A DNA stretch of 64,000 nucleotides from an uncultured Eubacteriales bacterium (lineage in GTDB: Bacteria; Bacillota; Clostridia; Christensenellales; CAG-138): NCBI GenBank assembly GCA_900540495.1, contig UQGA01000007.1, forward strand, positions 1,662-65,661, read 5' to 3'. The notes beneath the pieces were generated by a model. The model was not told the origin of the DNA. It worked only from the letters and a program-made list of their open reading frames with translations, and ran no database searches. Position 1 is the first letter of the stretch. The number at the start of each line of letters is the position of its first letter. The translations under genes were made by a program, and so were the position numbers. Positions 26,529 to 35,687 of this stretch are shown one piece after another.

Positions 26529-28013
26529 ATGCGCCGCGATTTTCTCCGAACACTGTTTTCTCGCATGCTGGCGACGTATCTAACCGTTGCGCTGGGGCTG
26601 GTTGTGCTTGTCGGCGTAACGGTTGTTGCGCTTTTTCAAAGCCAGATCCGCTTTGAGATGGAGGCCGTGCTCTCCCGGGAACTCACGGCCATCGCGGAGG
26701 CGTGCGGCGGTGGGCAGGAGAGCGAAACGGACGGCGCGCAGGCGGAGGAGACGCTTTCGCTCATCGCCCGGCAGTGCGGCGGACTCATCCAGACGTATGG
26801 CGCCGACGGGTCCTTCAGTACGTACTATGAGGATGCAAAGTGGGAGGCGGTTGCGCGGCAGTCCGCGACGGGCGCTGCGCAGGAGGCGCTGTTTCACGTG
26901 GACGGCCATGAGCCGGCGCTTGATTATTTTGGCGACGACCTTTCCTTTCCCACCATCAGCCAGTCCGCGCTGGTATATGAGGACGGCGTTGCCGCCAGGG
27001 CCGTGTTGCTCCACCTCGACTATTCCATTTCCCGGCGCACCCTGTCCGCCACCTGGATGGAGATTCTGCTCGTGCTGTTCGTTGCGGTGCTCTTTTCGGT
27101 CATTGCGGTGTACTATACCACTTCGCGCATGATCCGCCCCTTTTCCGAGATCAACGATATCGTGCAGCGGTACAGCAAGGGCGATTTCAACATCCGCATC
27201 CCAATCAAGGGAACGGACGAGGCGACGCAGCTTGCGCGAAGTTTCAACAACATGGCGGATCAGCTTCAGGATCTGGAGGCCACGCGGCGGGACTTTGTCT
27301 CCAACGTGAGCCACGAGTTGCGCTCGCCGCTGACATCCATGCGCGGCTTTCTCGAGGCCATGCAGGATGGGACGATCGCGCGCAACGAGTACGACAAGTA
27401 CATCGATATCGTGCTGTCGGAAACGCGGCGCATGACCTCGATGGTCAACGACCTGTTGGACCTGGCGCGCATCGAGTCGGGCCGAACGGCGCTCAAACTC
27501 GAGATTTTCGACATCAACGAGCTCATTCGCCGCACGCTCATCACGTTTGAGGCGCGCATCTACGACCAGAAGATGGAAGTGGAGGTCAAGTTTGCGCAGG
27601 AGCAGTACTTTGTTGAGGCGGACAGCGCGCAGATCTCGCAGGTGCTGCGGAACATCATCGATAATGCGATCAAGTACTCTCCGGCGGGCGGGCGGCTTCG
27701 CATAGCGACCTACGCGCTGCGCCGGGAGGTCTATGTCAGCATACAGGATTCCGGGCAGGGCATCCCGGAGGAGGACGTGCCGCACGTGTTCGAGCGGTTC
27801 TACAAGGTTGAAAAGGCGCATACGCCGACCAAACAGGGAGGCACTGGCCTCGGGCTCTCGATCGTCAAACGCATCATCGACCAGCACGGTCAGACCATCA
27901 CGCTCAAGAGCACGCGGGGAAAGGGCAGCAATTTTACGTTTACACTCAAGCGCGCGCCGTCGCCCAACAAGCGGCAGCCCGCGATGGACGGAGGTGCCAA
28001 GTATGGAATTTAA
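26529..28013 (+). CDS. Sensor histidine kinase (TCS-3)
   Basis: Two TM segments, HAMP, H-box VSHELRSPLT and HATPase boxes (IDNAIKYSP, DSGQGI, GGTGLGLSI). Confidence 0.9.
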   Translation: MRRDFLRTLFSRMLATYLTVALGLVVLVGVTVVALFQSQIRFEMEAVLSRELTAIAEACGGGQESETDGAQAEETLSLIARQCGGLIQTYGADGSFSTYYEDAKWEAVARQSATGAAQEALFHVDGHEPALDYFGDDLSFPTISQSALVYEDGVAARAVLLHLDYSISRRTLSATWMEILLVLFVAVLFSVIAVYYTTSRMIRPFSEINDIVQRYSKGDFNIRIPIKGTDEATQLARSFNNMADQLQDLEATRRDFVSNVSHELRSPLTSMRGFLEAMQDGTIARNEYDKYIDIVLSETRRMTSMVNDLLDLARIESGRTALKLEIFDINELIRRTLITFEARIYDQKMEVEVKFAQEQYFVEADSAQISQVLRNIIDNAIKYSPAGGRLRIATYALRREVYVSIQDSGQGIPEEDVPHVFERFYKVEKAHTPTKQGGTGLGLSIVKRIIDQHGQTITLKSTRGKGSNFTFTLKRAPSPNKRQPAMDGGAKYGI

Positions 28014-29307
28014 CAATCAATCCCAGTATCAGTATCCGTACCCGGACGGACGGCGCCGGCGGCGCGGTCTCGGCGGGTTTGGAATTACGGTGATCGTGCT
28101 CGTCTTTGTGCTCGTGGTGCTGCTGGCGCTGGTCATTGCGCTGCGCGGCGGCGGGGCATACGATCCGGAGGTGAGCACGGCTACTCCCACGCCGGAGGCA
28201 GGCCTTCCGGGTGCTACGGAGCCGCCCGTATCGGTGGCCACGCCGTTGCCGGGCGGGCATGAGATGCCGGCGCTTGACGGCGTGCCCCCCGACCTTGCGG
28301 ATGTGCCGCAGTTCTTTTTGAACAATCCCATCCCCGATATCTTCGATGCGGTCTCCGACTCCGTGGTGGGCGTGGTCAACTATACCACGCAGCAGATCGG
28401 CAGGCGCCGGATGCTCGCAATCTACGGCAGCGGCAGCGGGTTCATCGTTTCAAGCGAGGGCTACATTCTCACAAACGCGCACGTCATTGAGGATGCGGAG
28501 GAGATCACCGTCCTGCTTGCCAACGGGGAGGAGGTCGAGGCTGCTCTGATCGGCTTTGACGAGGAGACGGATGTGGCCGTGCTGAAGGTGGAACACGAAG
28601 GCCTGGTTCCCATGGCGCTCGGCGATTCGGACGCGGTGCGCGTCGGCGAGTTTGTCGTCGCCATCGGCAATCCACTCGATACGAGCAGCCTTGCCAATAC
28701 GACCACATTCGGCGTGATCTCGGCCCACGCGCGCGAGATCACGATCGACGGGCATACCAATACCTATCTGCAGACCGATGCGGCGATCAACTTCGGCAAC
28801 AGCGGCGGCCCGCTGCTCAATATGAACGGCGAGGTCATCGGCATGAACAGCGCCAAGTCCATCACCGCAGGGTACGATGAGTACGGCAACATGGTCAGCG
28901 CGGAGGGCATCGGTTTTGCGCTGCCGATCAACGCGGTGCGGGAGATCATGGAACTGCTGGTCACGGAAGGACATATTGAACGCCCCGCCGTGGGCATCTC
29001 CGTGTTGACCCTGACCGAAGTCATCGCTGCCGAGCTCGATCTGCCGGTGTCCTCCGGCGTCTATGTGGACAGCGTTGTGGCCGGCGGTCCGGCTTCGCAG
29101 GCGGGCGTGCTCGCTGGCGATGTCATCATCTCTGCCAACGGGCAGGCGCTGACCGATCGCTCGGAATTCATGGAGATCATCGAGGCGAGCCATATTGGCG
29201 ATACAATCGCCGTCGAAGTCTATCGAAACGGGGAGACGCTTCGGCTGGACATCGTTCTTGGCGATAAGGGCGCGATGGACTATGAAATCGTCGATCCGCA
29301 GCAATAA
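28003..29307 (+). CDS. HtrA/DegP-family serine protease with PDZ domain
   Basis: TM anchor. Catalytic triad contexts TNAHVI, DVAVLKV and GNSGGPLL. C-terminal PDZ domain. The ATG at 28003 overlaps the kinase 3' end by 11 nt. Confidence 0.9.
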   Translation: MEFNNQSQYQYPYPDGRRRRRGLGGFGITVIVLVFVLVVLLALVIALRGGGAYDPEVSTATPTPEAGLPGATEPPVSVATPLPGGHEMPALDGVPPDLADVPQFFLNNPIPDIFDAVSDSVVGVVNYTTQQIGRRRMLAIYGSGSGFIVSSEGYILTNAHVIEDAEEITVLLANGEEVEAALIGFDEETDVAVLKVEHEGLVPMALGDSDAVRVGEFVVAIGNPLDTSSLANTTTFGVISAHAREITIDGHTNTYLQTDAAINFGNSGGPLLNMNGEVIGMNSAKSITAGYDEYGNMVSAEGIGFALPINAVREIMELLVTEGHIERPAVGISVLTLTEVIAAELDLPVSSGVYVDSVVAGGPASQAGVLAGDVIISANGQALTDRSEFMEIIEASHIGDTIAVEVYRNGETLRLDIVLGDKGAMDYEIVDPQQ

Positions 29308-29322
29308 GGCGCGAGACCGTGC

Positions 29323-29355
29323 AAAGGGCGCCCCGCAGGTGCGGGGCGCCCTTTT
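29323..29355. terminator. Bidirectional terminator between htrA-like and ppx genes
   Basis: 14-bp stem aaagggcgccccgc/gcggggcgcccttt with loop aggt. Confidence 0.75.
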
Positions 29356-29373
29356 GTCGCCTCGATGGGGCGC

Positions 29374-30264
29374 TCAGGCCTGCGCCGTGCCAAGACAGAC
29401 AGCAGCATAACCCTCCATGCCGTCCGCATCGGAGAAGCGGAGGGTGTCGATTCCAAGCAGCGCGACGGCAAACGCGAGGATCGTGCCGCCGTAAAGGATC
29501 ACGTCGTGGCGTTCCGACAGCAGCGGTTGCATCCGCCGCCCGCGCTCGCCCATGCCGTCAAGACGGTCCAGCAGCGTCGGCAGCTGCGCCGTGCGCATCC
29601 GGCAGCCGCTCACGGCAGCCGGGTCGTAGGATGTGAGGCGAAGCGACAGCGCCGCGAGCGTCGTCGCGGTACCGCCGACCGCCGTCCATGGCTCTGTGTG
29701 GAGCGGGGGCGGGGCGATGGTCGCCTGCAGCAGCGGCAGCGCCGTTTTGCGGATATCTGGAAGCGTCGCGCCGGGGCACAGTTCCTTGAGACGCACGCAA
29801 CCGAGCGGCCAGCTCTGCCGGTATGCGGCCGTCACGATCTGCGTGCTGCCGCCGCCGATATCGATCAGCCCGCCGCCGGTCGCGCCGGTCGCACCGGCAA
29901 AGGCGAATGCCGCCTCCTCCGCACCGTCGAGCACGCGCACCCGGAGCCCCGTTCGCTCAAAAACGCGCGCCAGAAAAGCTTCCCGGTTGCCGGCGTCGCG
30001 CACTGCGCTGGTGGCATAGGCAAAGGCCGGCGCTCCGGCGCTTGCCGCCGCATGGGCGAGCGTGCAGAGCACATCGAGCGATTGCGCCATGCGCCGCTCG
30101 CTCAGCATCCCCGTCGCCGGGAGGCCCTCGGCCAGCCGGGTTGTATACACCTGTTTGGGAGAAAAACACAGGCCGTGTCCGGTCTGCACGGCCTCCATAT
30201 AGCGGATGGAATTGCTGCCGATATCGATGATTGCCGCACGGCGGTTGCCCGCATCATTCGTCAT
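29374..30264 (-). CDS. Ppx/GppA-family phosphatase
   Basis: IDIGSNSIRY near the N-terminus and the second phosphate motif IDIGGGSTQI. The ATG at 30264 overlaps the divIC-like stop. The upstream part of the track ORF is a frame shadow. Confidence 0.8.
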   Translation of the reverse strand: MTNDAGNRRAAIIDIGSNSIRYMEAVQTGHGLCFSPKQVYTTRLAEGLPATGMLSERRMAQSLDVLCTLAHAAASAGAPAFAYATSAVRDAGNREAFLARVFERTGLRVRVLDGAEEAAFAFAGATGATGGGLIDIGGGSTQIVTAAYRQSWPLGCVRLKELCPGATLPDIRKTALPLLQATIAPPPLHTEPWTAVGGTATTLAALSLRLTSYDPAAVSGCRMRTAQLPTLLDRLDGMGERGRRMQPLLSERHDVILYGGTILAFAVALLGIDTLRFSDADGMEGYAAVCLGTAQA

Positions 30265-30538
30265 AGAATTTGATATCGTCCGGGAACACATAGCCGAGCT
30301 TTTCCCGCGCATACTGCAACAGATACTCGTCCGTCTGCATGTATTCGAGCATCCGCTCCAGCCGTTCCTCCTCAACCTCAAGCGTGTCAAGCTCCGATTC
30401 GAGCTTTTCGGTATCCTCGGCGATGGTAGCCAGGGTCGTCTGCTGCGAAAGATAGATACCGCCCATAATGCAGAAAGCGAGCAAAAACGCAAGAATGACA
30501 TATCTTGCTCTCAATTTGAAGCGCACTTTTCTTGCCAT
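30254..30538 (-). CDS. divIC: Septum formation initiator (FtsB/DivIC family)
   Basis: 94 aa with an N-terminal TM segment, a coiled-coil and a C-terminal DEYLLQYAREKLGYVFPDD motif. Position after yabP-yabQ matches Bacillus. Confidence 0.8.
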   Translation of the reverse strand: MARKVRFKLRARYVILAFLLAFCIMGGIYLSQQTTLATIAEDTEKLESELDTLEVEEERLERMLEYMQTDEYLLQYAREKLGYVFPDDIKFYDE

Positions 30539-30559
30539 ATGTTTAGTATAGCATATTTT

Positions 30560-30886
30560 TCAACGTTTTCCAGCCCCTTTGCGGCCGCGTGTGTGAACGA
30601 AGCGTGAAATCGTCCCGTAAACGGCGAACTGTTCGAGCGCAAAGCCCGCGCCCGCCAGCAGGAACAGGTACAGGCGCAGGCGGCCGCCCGTGGTGACCAG
30701 CAGCATGGCGGCGATGATCGCGCCGAAGGCGGCGGAGAACAGCGCGTCGCAAACCGGCTCCACCGGCCGTGCGCGCAGCAGACGCCGGATCAGGCGGAAC
30801 AGGTCGTAGACGAGTCCGCAGACGATGCCCGCGTACAGGCATGTCAGCGCCGCGTATGGCTGCGCGGCGATCTGCTCGGCCGCCAT
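30560..30886 (-). CDS. yabQ: Spore cortex biosynthesis protein YabQ-like
   Basis: Small polytopic membrane protein immediately after yabP (ATGA overlap), in conserved gene order. Confidence 0.65.
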   Translation of the reverse strand: MAAEQIAAQPYAALTCLYAGIVCGLVYDLFRLIRRLLRARPVEPVCDALFSAAFGAIIAAMLLVTTGGRLRLYLFLLAGAGFALEQFAVYGTISRFVHTRGRKGAGKR

Positions 30887-31182
30887 CAGCGGAACACCTT
30901 GCCGAAAAGCCCGCGCCGCTCGGTTTCCGGCGGTTCGTAGTCGAGCGCGAGGATTTCTCCTTCGATGCTGATCTGTCCGTCCTCCAGATTCAACTTGGAC
31001 AGGTGCAGGTTGGTGCCCACGATGTTGAGCGGCCCCGCCTCCGTCATCAGCATCACGTCCTGCTCATTGAAGCTCTCCACGTCCGCCACGCCCGTGATGC
31101 TGATGCGCATGCGGTTGTCGATGTGGATGCTGTGCGCGCGCGGGCGCAGCTTGTTGAGTTCGGCGTCCCGGCGTTCGTTCAT
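30886..31182 (-). CDS. yabP: Sporulation protein YabP
   Basis: Sequence HIDNRMRISITGVADVESFNEQDVMLMTEAGPLNIVGTNLHLSKLNLEDGQISIEGEI matches the YabP pattern. G-rich RBS; the start is at 31182 or 31188. Confidence 0.8.
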   Translation of the reverse strand: MNERRDAELNKLRPRAHSIHIDNRMRISITGVADVESFNEQDVMLMTEAGPLNIVGTNLHLSKLNLEDGQISIEGEILALDYEPPETERRGLFGKVFR

Positions 31183-31326
31183 AAACATTCCCCCCAACTC
31201 GATATTGGCGCTTCTAACCCATCCTATGCGGGGGATGGGACAGGTATGCTGTGGTCCCGTCCATCGGGCTGACACAAATGATTGTGTCGAAACGTGAGAA
31301 AGATGTGAAAACCGGCGCCCGGTCGC

Positions 31327-31356
31327 TTGACAGAAGGCGGCCGAAAATAGTATCAT
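31327..31356 (+). promoter_or_regulatory. Sigma-A promoter for rho
   Basis: TTGACA-18 nt-TATCAT, about 85 nt upstream of the TTG start. Confidence 0.6.
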
Positions 31357-31443
31357 AAATACCTGAGAGGATTTTGGTTGCTACGTATTGTATGCGGATT
31401 TTCCATTTCTTTCATTTCTCCAAATTGAGAGAGGAGCAGCAAA

Positions 31444-33261
31444 TTGAATCAGGAACAGTTAGAGGCGAAAAGTCTTGGAGATTTGCGCGAAATCGCAAAA
31501 CTGCAGGGGGTTAAGGCCGTCACAAAGTACCGCAAGCCCGAGCTCGTCACGATTATTATGAACGGCGGCGTCGTACCCGCCGATCTGAACGCTCCGCCGG
31601 CGCAAAAGGAGTCCGGCGCGCCGCGCCCCGTTGCGGAGGCCGGCTCCGATCGAGCGGGAATCCCCGCCGAGCCGGTGACGCCAGCCGCCGAACCGGTTGC
31701 GGAACCCGGGCCGGCCATTCACGATCCGTCCGCACCGCGGATCCGCCCGTCGTATGTTTCGCGCCCACAGACCGGGTATCAGAAGCCGGCCTATGACAGC
31801 CGCAACTATTCGCAGGGCGGCTATCAGCCGCGCCGCGGGTATCAGGGCAGCTATCAGCAGGGCGGCTACCAGCAGGGCGGCTATCAACAGGCGAACTATC
31901 AGCCGCGCGGCGGTTATCAGCAGGGCGGCTATCAGCAGGGCGGGTACCCGCCGCAGGCCGGCTACCAGCAGGTCGGCTATGGCACGCCGGATGCCGGGTA
32001 TGAGGAGGAGCGCCGCTACCGCAACCGGCAGGAAGGATATTATAATAAAGATTACGGCACCAGCAATCCCGCCGTGCCCGAGATGTTGCAGACGGGCGAA
32101 TGTGGCGACGCGGAGGGCGTGCTTGAGGTGCTGCCGGACGGATACGGCTTCCTGCGCTCGGAGAACTACCTTTCCGGCGCACACGATGTCTACGTTTCCA
32201 TCGCGCAGATCCGGCGGTTTGGCCTGCGCACGGGCGACCTCGTCACGGGCAAGACGCGCCCATCCAAGGAAAACGAGCGGTTTCTGGCGCTGCTGTACAT
32301 CACCGCGGTGAACGGCGAGGACCCGGAAAAGCTTTCCGAGCGCACGCCGTTTGAGAACCTTGTGCCCATTTTCCCGAACGAGCGGTATACGCTTGAGCGC
32401 ACCGGCGTGAAGAACGACCTCTCCATCCGGCTGATCGATCTCATCGCCCCCATCGGCAAGGGCCAGCGCGCGATGATCGTCTCGCAGCCGAAGGCGGGCA
32501 AGACGACGTTGCTCAAGAACATCGCCAACGGCATCTCCGACAACTATCCGGACGCGCATCTCATCGTCCTGCTCATCGACGAGCGGCCGGAAGAGGTCAC
32601 CGATATGCAGCGCTCCATCCGCGGCGAGGTCCTCTACTCGACGTTCGATGAACTGCCGGAGCACCATACGCGCGTGGCGGAGATGGTGCTGGAGCGCGCG
32701 ATGCGCCTGGTTGAGCACGGGCGGGACGTCGTCATCCTCATGGACAGCCTGACGAGGCTTGCGCGCGCCTACAACCTGACCATCCCGCCCACGGGCAGGA
32801 CGCTTTCCGGCGGCATGGACCCGGGGGCGCTGCACAAGCCCAAGCGCTTTTTCGGTGCGGCGCGCAACATCGAGAACGGCGGCAGCCTCACGGTGATCGC
32901 CACTGCTTTGTCGGAGACGGGCAGCCGCATGGACGATATGGTCTACGAGGAGTTCAAGGGTACGGGCAACATGGAGATCCATCTCGACCGCAAGCTGTCC
33001 GAACGCCGTATTTTCCCGGCCATCGACATCTACAAGTCCGGCACCCGCCGCGACGACCTACTGCTCTCCAAGGCCGAACTGGAAGGCGTTCGCACCATCC
33101 GCCGCGTGCTCTCCGGCGGCAATCCCGCCGAGGTGACCGAGCAACTCATCGCCATGCTCGACAAAACGAACACGAACGAGGAGTTTCTCCAGCGCGTGAA
33201 GGACTGGGTGCGCATCTATGAGAAGGACGGTTACACGGCGTCCAACCGCTTCGGCAAGTAA
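31444..33261 (+). CDS. rho: Transcription termination factor Rho with large N-terminal insertion domain
   Basis: Rho_N ([13 protein letters not shown]), a roughly 170-aa insertion, a CSD-like RNA-binding domain ([14 protein letters not shown]), Walker [10 protein letters not shown] and a Rho C-terminal domain. TTG start after GAGAGGAG. Confidence 0.95.
   Translation: MNQEQLEAKSLGDLREIAKLQGVKAVTKYRKPELVTIIMNGGVVPADLNAPPAQKESGAPRPVAEAGSDRAGIPAEPVTPAAEPVAEPGPAIHDPSAPRIRPSYVSRPQTGYQKPAYDSRNYSQGGYQPRRGYQGSYQQGGYQQGGYQQANYQPRGGYQQGGYQQGGYPPQAGYQQVGYGTPDAGYEEERRYRNRQEGYYNKDYGTSNPAVPEMLQTGECGDAEGVLEVLPDGYGFLRSENYLSGAHDVYVSIAQIRRFGLRTGDLVTGKTRPSKENERFLALLYITAVNGEDPEKLSERTPFENLVPIFPNERYTLERTGVKNDLSIRLIDLIAPIGKGQRAMIVSQPKAGKTTLLKNIANGISDNYPDAHLIVLLIDERPEEVTDMQRSIRGEVLYSTFDELPEHHTRVAEMVLERAMRLVEHGRDVVILMDSLTRLARAYNLTIPPTGRTLSGGMDPGALHKPKRFFGAARNIENGGSLTVIATALSETGSRMDDMVYEEFKGTGNMEIHLDRKLSERRIFPAIDIYKSGTRRDDLLLSKAELEGVRTIRRVLSGGNPAEVTEQLIAMLDKTNTNEEFLQRVKDWVRIYEKDGYTASNRFGK
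31813..31980 (+). repeat. Degenerate 15-bp in-frame repeats (GGC GGC TAT CAG CAG) encoding GGYQQ units
   Basis: Iterated ggcggctatcagcag-like units are visible in the sequence. They encode at least ten [G/S/N]-Y-Q units. Confidence 0.85.
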
Positions 33262-33330
33262 CGCGCCCCGGCCGGCTGCATAGCTGGCCGGAAAAATGCC
33301 GAAAATCCTGCGCCTGTGGAAAAATAGGGC

Positions 33331-33359
33331 TTGCTTTTTCGGCGTGACGCGGCTATAAT
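33331..33359 (+). promoter_or_regulatory. Sigma-A promoter for rpmE
   Basis: TTGCTT-17 nt-TATAAT. Confidence 0.6.
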
Positions 33360-33392
33360 ATGCGTTGGACTGTTTTTGAAGGAGTGAATTGC

Positions 33393-33590
33393 ATGAAGAA
33401 GGGCATCCATCCGTCTTACGGCGAAGCAACGGTTCGCTGCGCATGCGGCGAGACCTTTACGACCGGCTCCACCCGTGGCGAGCTGAAGGTCGAAATTTGC
33501 AGCAAATGCCACCCGTTCTACACCGGCCGTCAGAAGCTGGTGGACAGCGGCGGACGTGTCGACCGCTTCAAGAAGCGCTACGGCATGTAA
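33393..33590 (+). CDS. rpmE: 50S ribosomal protein L31 (Zn-binding C+ form)
   Basis: MKKGIHPSY...CACG...[23 protein letters not shown]. Confidence 0.95.
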   Translation: MKKGIHPSYGEATVRCACGETFTTGSTRGELKVEICSKCHPFYTGRQKLVDSGGRVDRFKKRYGM

Positions 33591-33608
33591 GGCCAACCGA
33601 TTTTCAGG

Positions 33609-33636
33609 AAAGCGCACCAGACGGTGCGCTTTTTTC
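33609..33636 (+). terminator. Rho-independent terminator after rpmE
   Basis: aaagcgcacc-agac-ggtgcgcttt followed by tttt. Confidence 0.8.
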
Positions 33637-33731
33637 GCGCGCCGCCGCCTCCAATTTGTAACCGTTTTGATAATTTTCGCACAATCCCCCTGTGCGGGGC
33701 CTGTTTTGGGGCGTTGTGCGCGGCGGTCAAG

Positions 33732-33760
33732 TTGCGCTTTTTTGGTTTGTCTGGTATGAT
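33732..33760 (+). promoter_or_regulatory. Sigma-A promoter for tyrS
   Basis: TTGCGC-17 nt-TGgTATGAT. Leaves only about a 20-25 nt leader containing GGAGGA. Confidence 0.6.
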
Positions 33761-33789
33761 ATCGGCATATGGGTAGGAGGAAACGGGAA

Positions 33790-35022
33790 ATGGAACGGAA
33801 TGTCTATGATGTGCTGGAGGAGCGTGGCTTCCTCAAGCAGTGTTCGCATCCGGACGAACTGCGCGAGCTGCTCGGCCGGGAAAAGGTAACGTTTTACATT
33901 GGCTTCGATCCTACGGCGGACAGCCTGCACATCGGCCACTATGTGGCGCTGATGACCATGGCGCATATGCAGCGCGCCGGGCATCGCCCCATTGTGCTGC
34001 TTGGCGGCGGCACCGCCATGATCGGCGACCCGTCCGGCAAGACGGACATGCGCCGCATGATGTCCAACGAGGAGATCGATCACAACGCCGCCTGTTTCCA
34101 AAAGCAGATGGCGCGGCTGATCGACTTTTCAGATGGCAAGGCGCTCGTGTTCAACAACGCGGAGTGGATTCGCGGTCTGAACTTTCTGGATTTCATGCGT
34201 GAGATCGGCGTCCACTTCTCCGTGAACACGATGCTGCGCGCCGAGTGCTACCGCCAGCGCATGGAGCGCGGACTCACGTTTTTCGAGATGAGCTATATGC
34301 TCATGCAGAGCTATGATTTTCTGGTCCTCAACCGCCGGACCGGCTGCGTGCTGCAGATGGGCGGGGACGATCAGTGGAGCAACATTCTGGGCGGCGCGGA
34401 TCTTATCCGCCGCAAGGAGCACAAGCCGGCCTATGCGCTTACGACGGCGCTGCTGACCACCAGCGAGGGCAAGAAGATGGGCAAGACCGAGAAGGGCGCC
34501 CTCTGGCTCGATCCGGCGCGTTGTTCCCCCTATGATTTTTACCAGTACTGGCGCAATGTGGACGATGCGGACGTGGAGCGTTGTCTGGCGCTGCTGACGT
34601 TCCTGCCGATGGACGAGGTGCGCCGACTCGGCGCGCTGCGCGATGCCGCGATCAATGAAGCAAAGCGAACGCTGGCGTTCACGCTTACCGAGCAGGTGCA
34701 CGGCACGGAGGAGGCGCAGCGGGCGCAGGCGGCGGCGGAAGCGCTCTTTGGCGGCGGCACCGACATGTCCGGCATGCCCACCGTATCGCTCGTCCAAACG
34801 CAGATCGACGAGAGCGGGCTTCGGCTTCCAGACCTGCTGGTGCTGGCGGGCCTTGCCAAGTCCAAGTCGGATGCAAGGCGGCTGATTGCGGACGGAGCGG
34901 TATATGCCGGCGAGCGGCGCGTGGAATCGTATGCGGAGACGCTGCCGCCCGATGCGCTCGACGGGGAGGGCGTCATTCTTCGCAAGGGCAAAAAGAGCTT
35001 TTGCAGAATGAAGCGTGCATAG
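33790..35022 (+). CDS. tyrS: Tyrosine--tRNA ligase
   Basis: HIGH motif (SLHIGHYV), KMSKS-type KMGKT and a C-terminal S4-like domain. Confidence 0.95.
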   Translation: MERNVYDVLEERGFLKQCSHPDELRELLGREKVTFYIGFDPTADSLHIGHYVALMTMAHMQRAGHRPIVLLGGGTAMIGDPSGKTDMRRMMSNEEIDHNAACFQKQMARLIDFSDGKALVFNNAEWIRGLNFLDFMREIGVHFSVNTMLRAECYRQRMERGLTFFEMSYMLMQSYDFLVLNRRTGCVLQMGGDDQWSNILGGADLIRRKEHKPAYALTTALLTTSEGKKMGKTEKGALWLDPARCSPYDFYQYWRNVDDADVERCLALLTFLPMDEVRRLGALRDAAINEAKRTLAFTLTEQVHGTEEAQRAQAAAEALFGGGTDMSGMPTVSLVQTQIDESGLRLPDLLVLAGLAKSKSDARRLIADGAVYAGERRVESYAETLPPDALDGEGVILRKGKKSFCRMKRA

Positions 35023-35682
35023 ATGGCATATCGTACCGTAAAACAGGCAGGTGAAACGGAGACCGTCGTGAAGCGGTCGCGCTTTATCGGCCGCTGTTTT
35101 CCGGTTTCGGACGAGCAGGAGGCGCTGCGCCTGCTCGAAGAGGTGCGCAGACGGCACTGGGATGCGACGCACAACTGCTACGCCTACTCGATCGGCGAAA
35201 CCGGCGTGTGCGCGCGTTTTTCGGATGATGGCGAACCTGCCGGCACCGCCGGGATGCCCATACTGGAAGCGATCCGGCGCATCGGCGTGACGGATGTTCT
35301 CGTTGTGGTGACGCGCTACTTCGGCGGGATCTTGCTCGGCGCCGGTGGGCTTGTGCGGGCGTATTCCGCGGCCGCGGCGGCGGCGGTGCGCGCCGCCGGA
35401 CAGATCGAAATGCTGGAGTGTGTGCGCGTGACGCTTGAGGTCCCCTATGCGCTCTGGGGGCGCGTGCAACCGCTGCTGCGTGAGGGCGCGCAGGTGGAGG
35501 AGATCCGCTATGAGGTGGCCGTGTCCGCCGTCGCATGGATACGCAAGGCGGATTGCGACGCGCTCGCGCGCGCCATCGTCGACCGGACGGACGGCCGCGT
35601 GATCCCGCAGGCCGGGGCGTGCGCCATGCGTGCGTTCCCCGTGGAACCGGGCGAAGCGCCGGAGGAATCGGAAGAGGAGTGA
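35023..35682 (+). CDS. yigZ: YigZ/IMPACT-family protein
   Basis: Motifs KRSRFIG, ATHNCYAY and DDGEPAGTAGMPIL. The ATG directly abuts the tyrS stop. Confidence 0.85.
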   Translation: MAYRTVKQAGETETVVKRSRFIGRCFPVSDEQEALRLLEEVRRRHWDATHNCYAYSIGETGVCARFSDDGEPAGTAGMPILEAIRRIGVTDVLVVVTRYFGGILLGAGGLVRAYSAAAAAAVRAAGQIEMLECVRVTLEVPYALWGRVQPLLREGAQVEEIRYEVAVSAVAWIRKADCDALARAIVDRTDGRVIPQAGACAMRAFPVEPGEAPEESEEE

Positions 35683-35687
35683 ATGCA

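Noticed and set aside
27733-28002. N-terminal 90 codons of track ORF 27733..29307(+), an HtrA extension overlapping the kinase gene.
   Set aside because: This is an out-of-frame shadow of the kinase 3' end (Arg/Ser-rich). The ATG at 28003 gives a typical basic N-terminus, TM anchor and protease layout.
33640-33790. Expected T-box riboswitch upstream of tyrS.
   Set aside because: No T-box consensus, specifier-loop or antiterminator architecture is visible, and a good promoter only about 30 nt from the start codon leaves no room. The absence is noted under findings.
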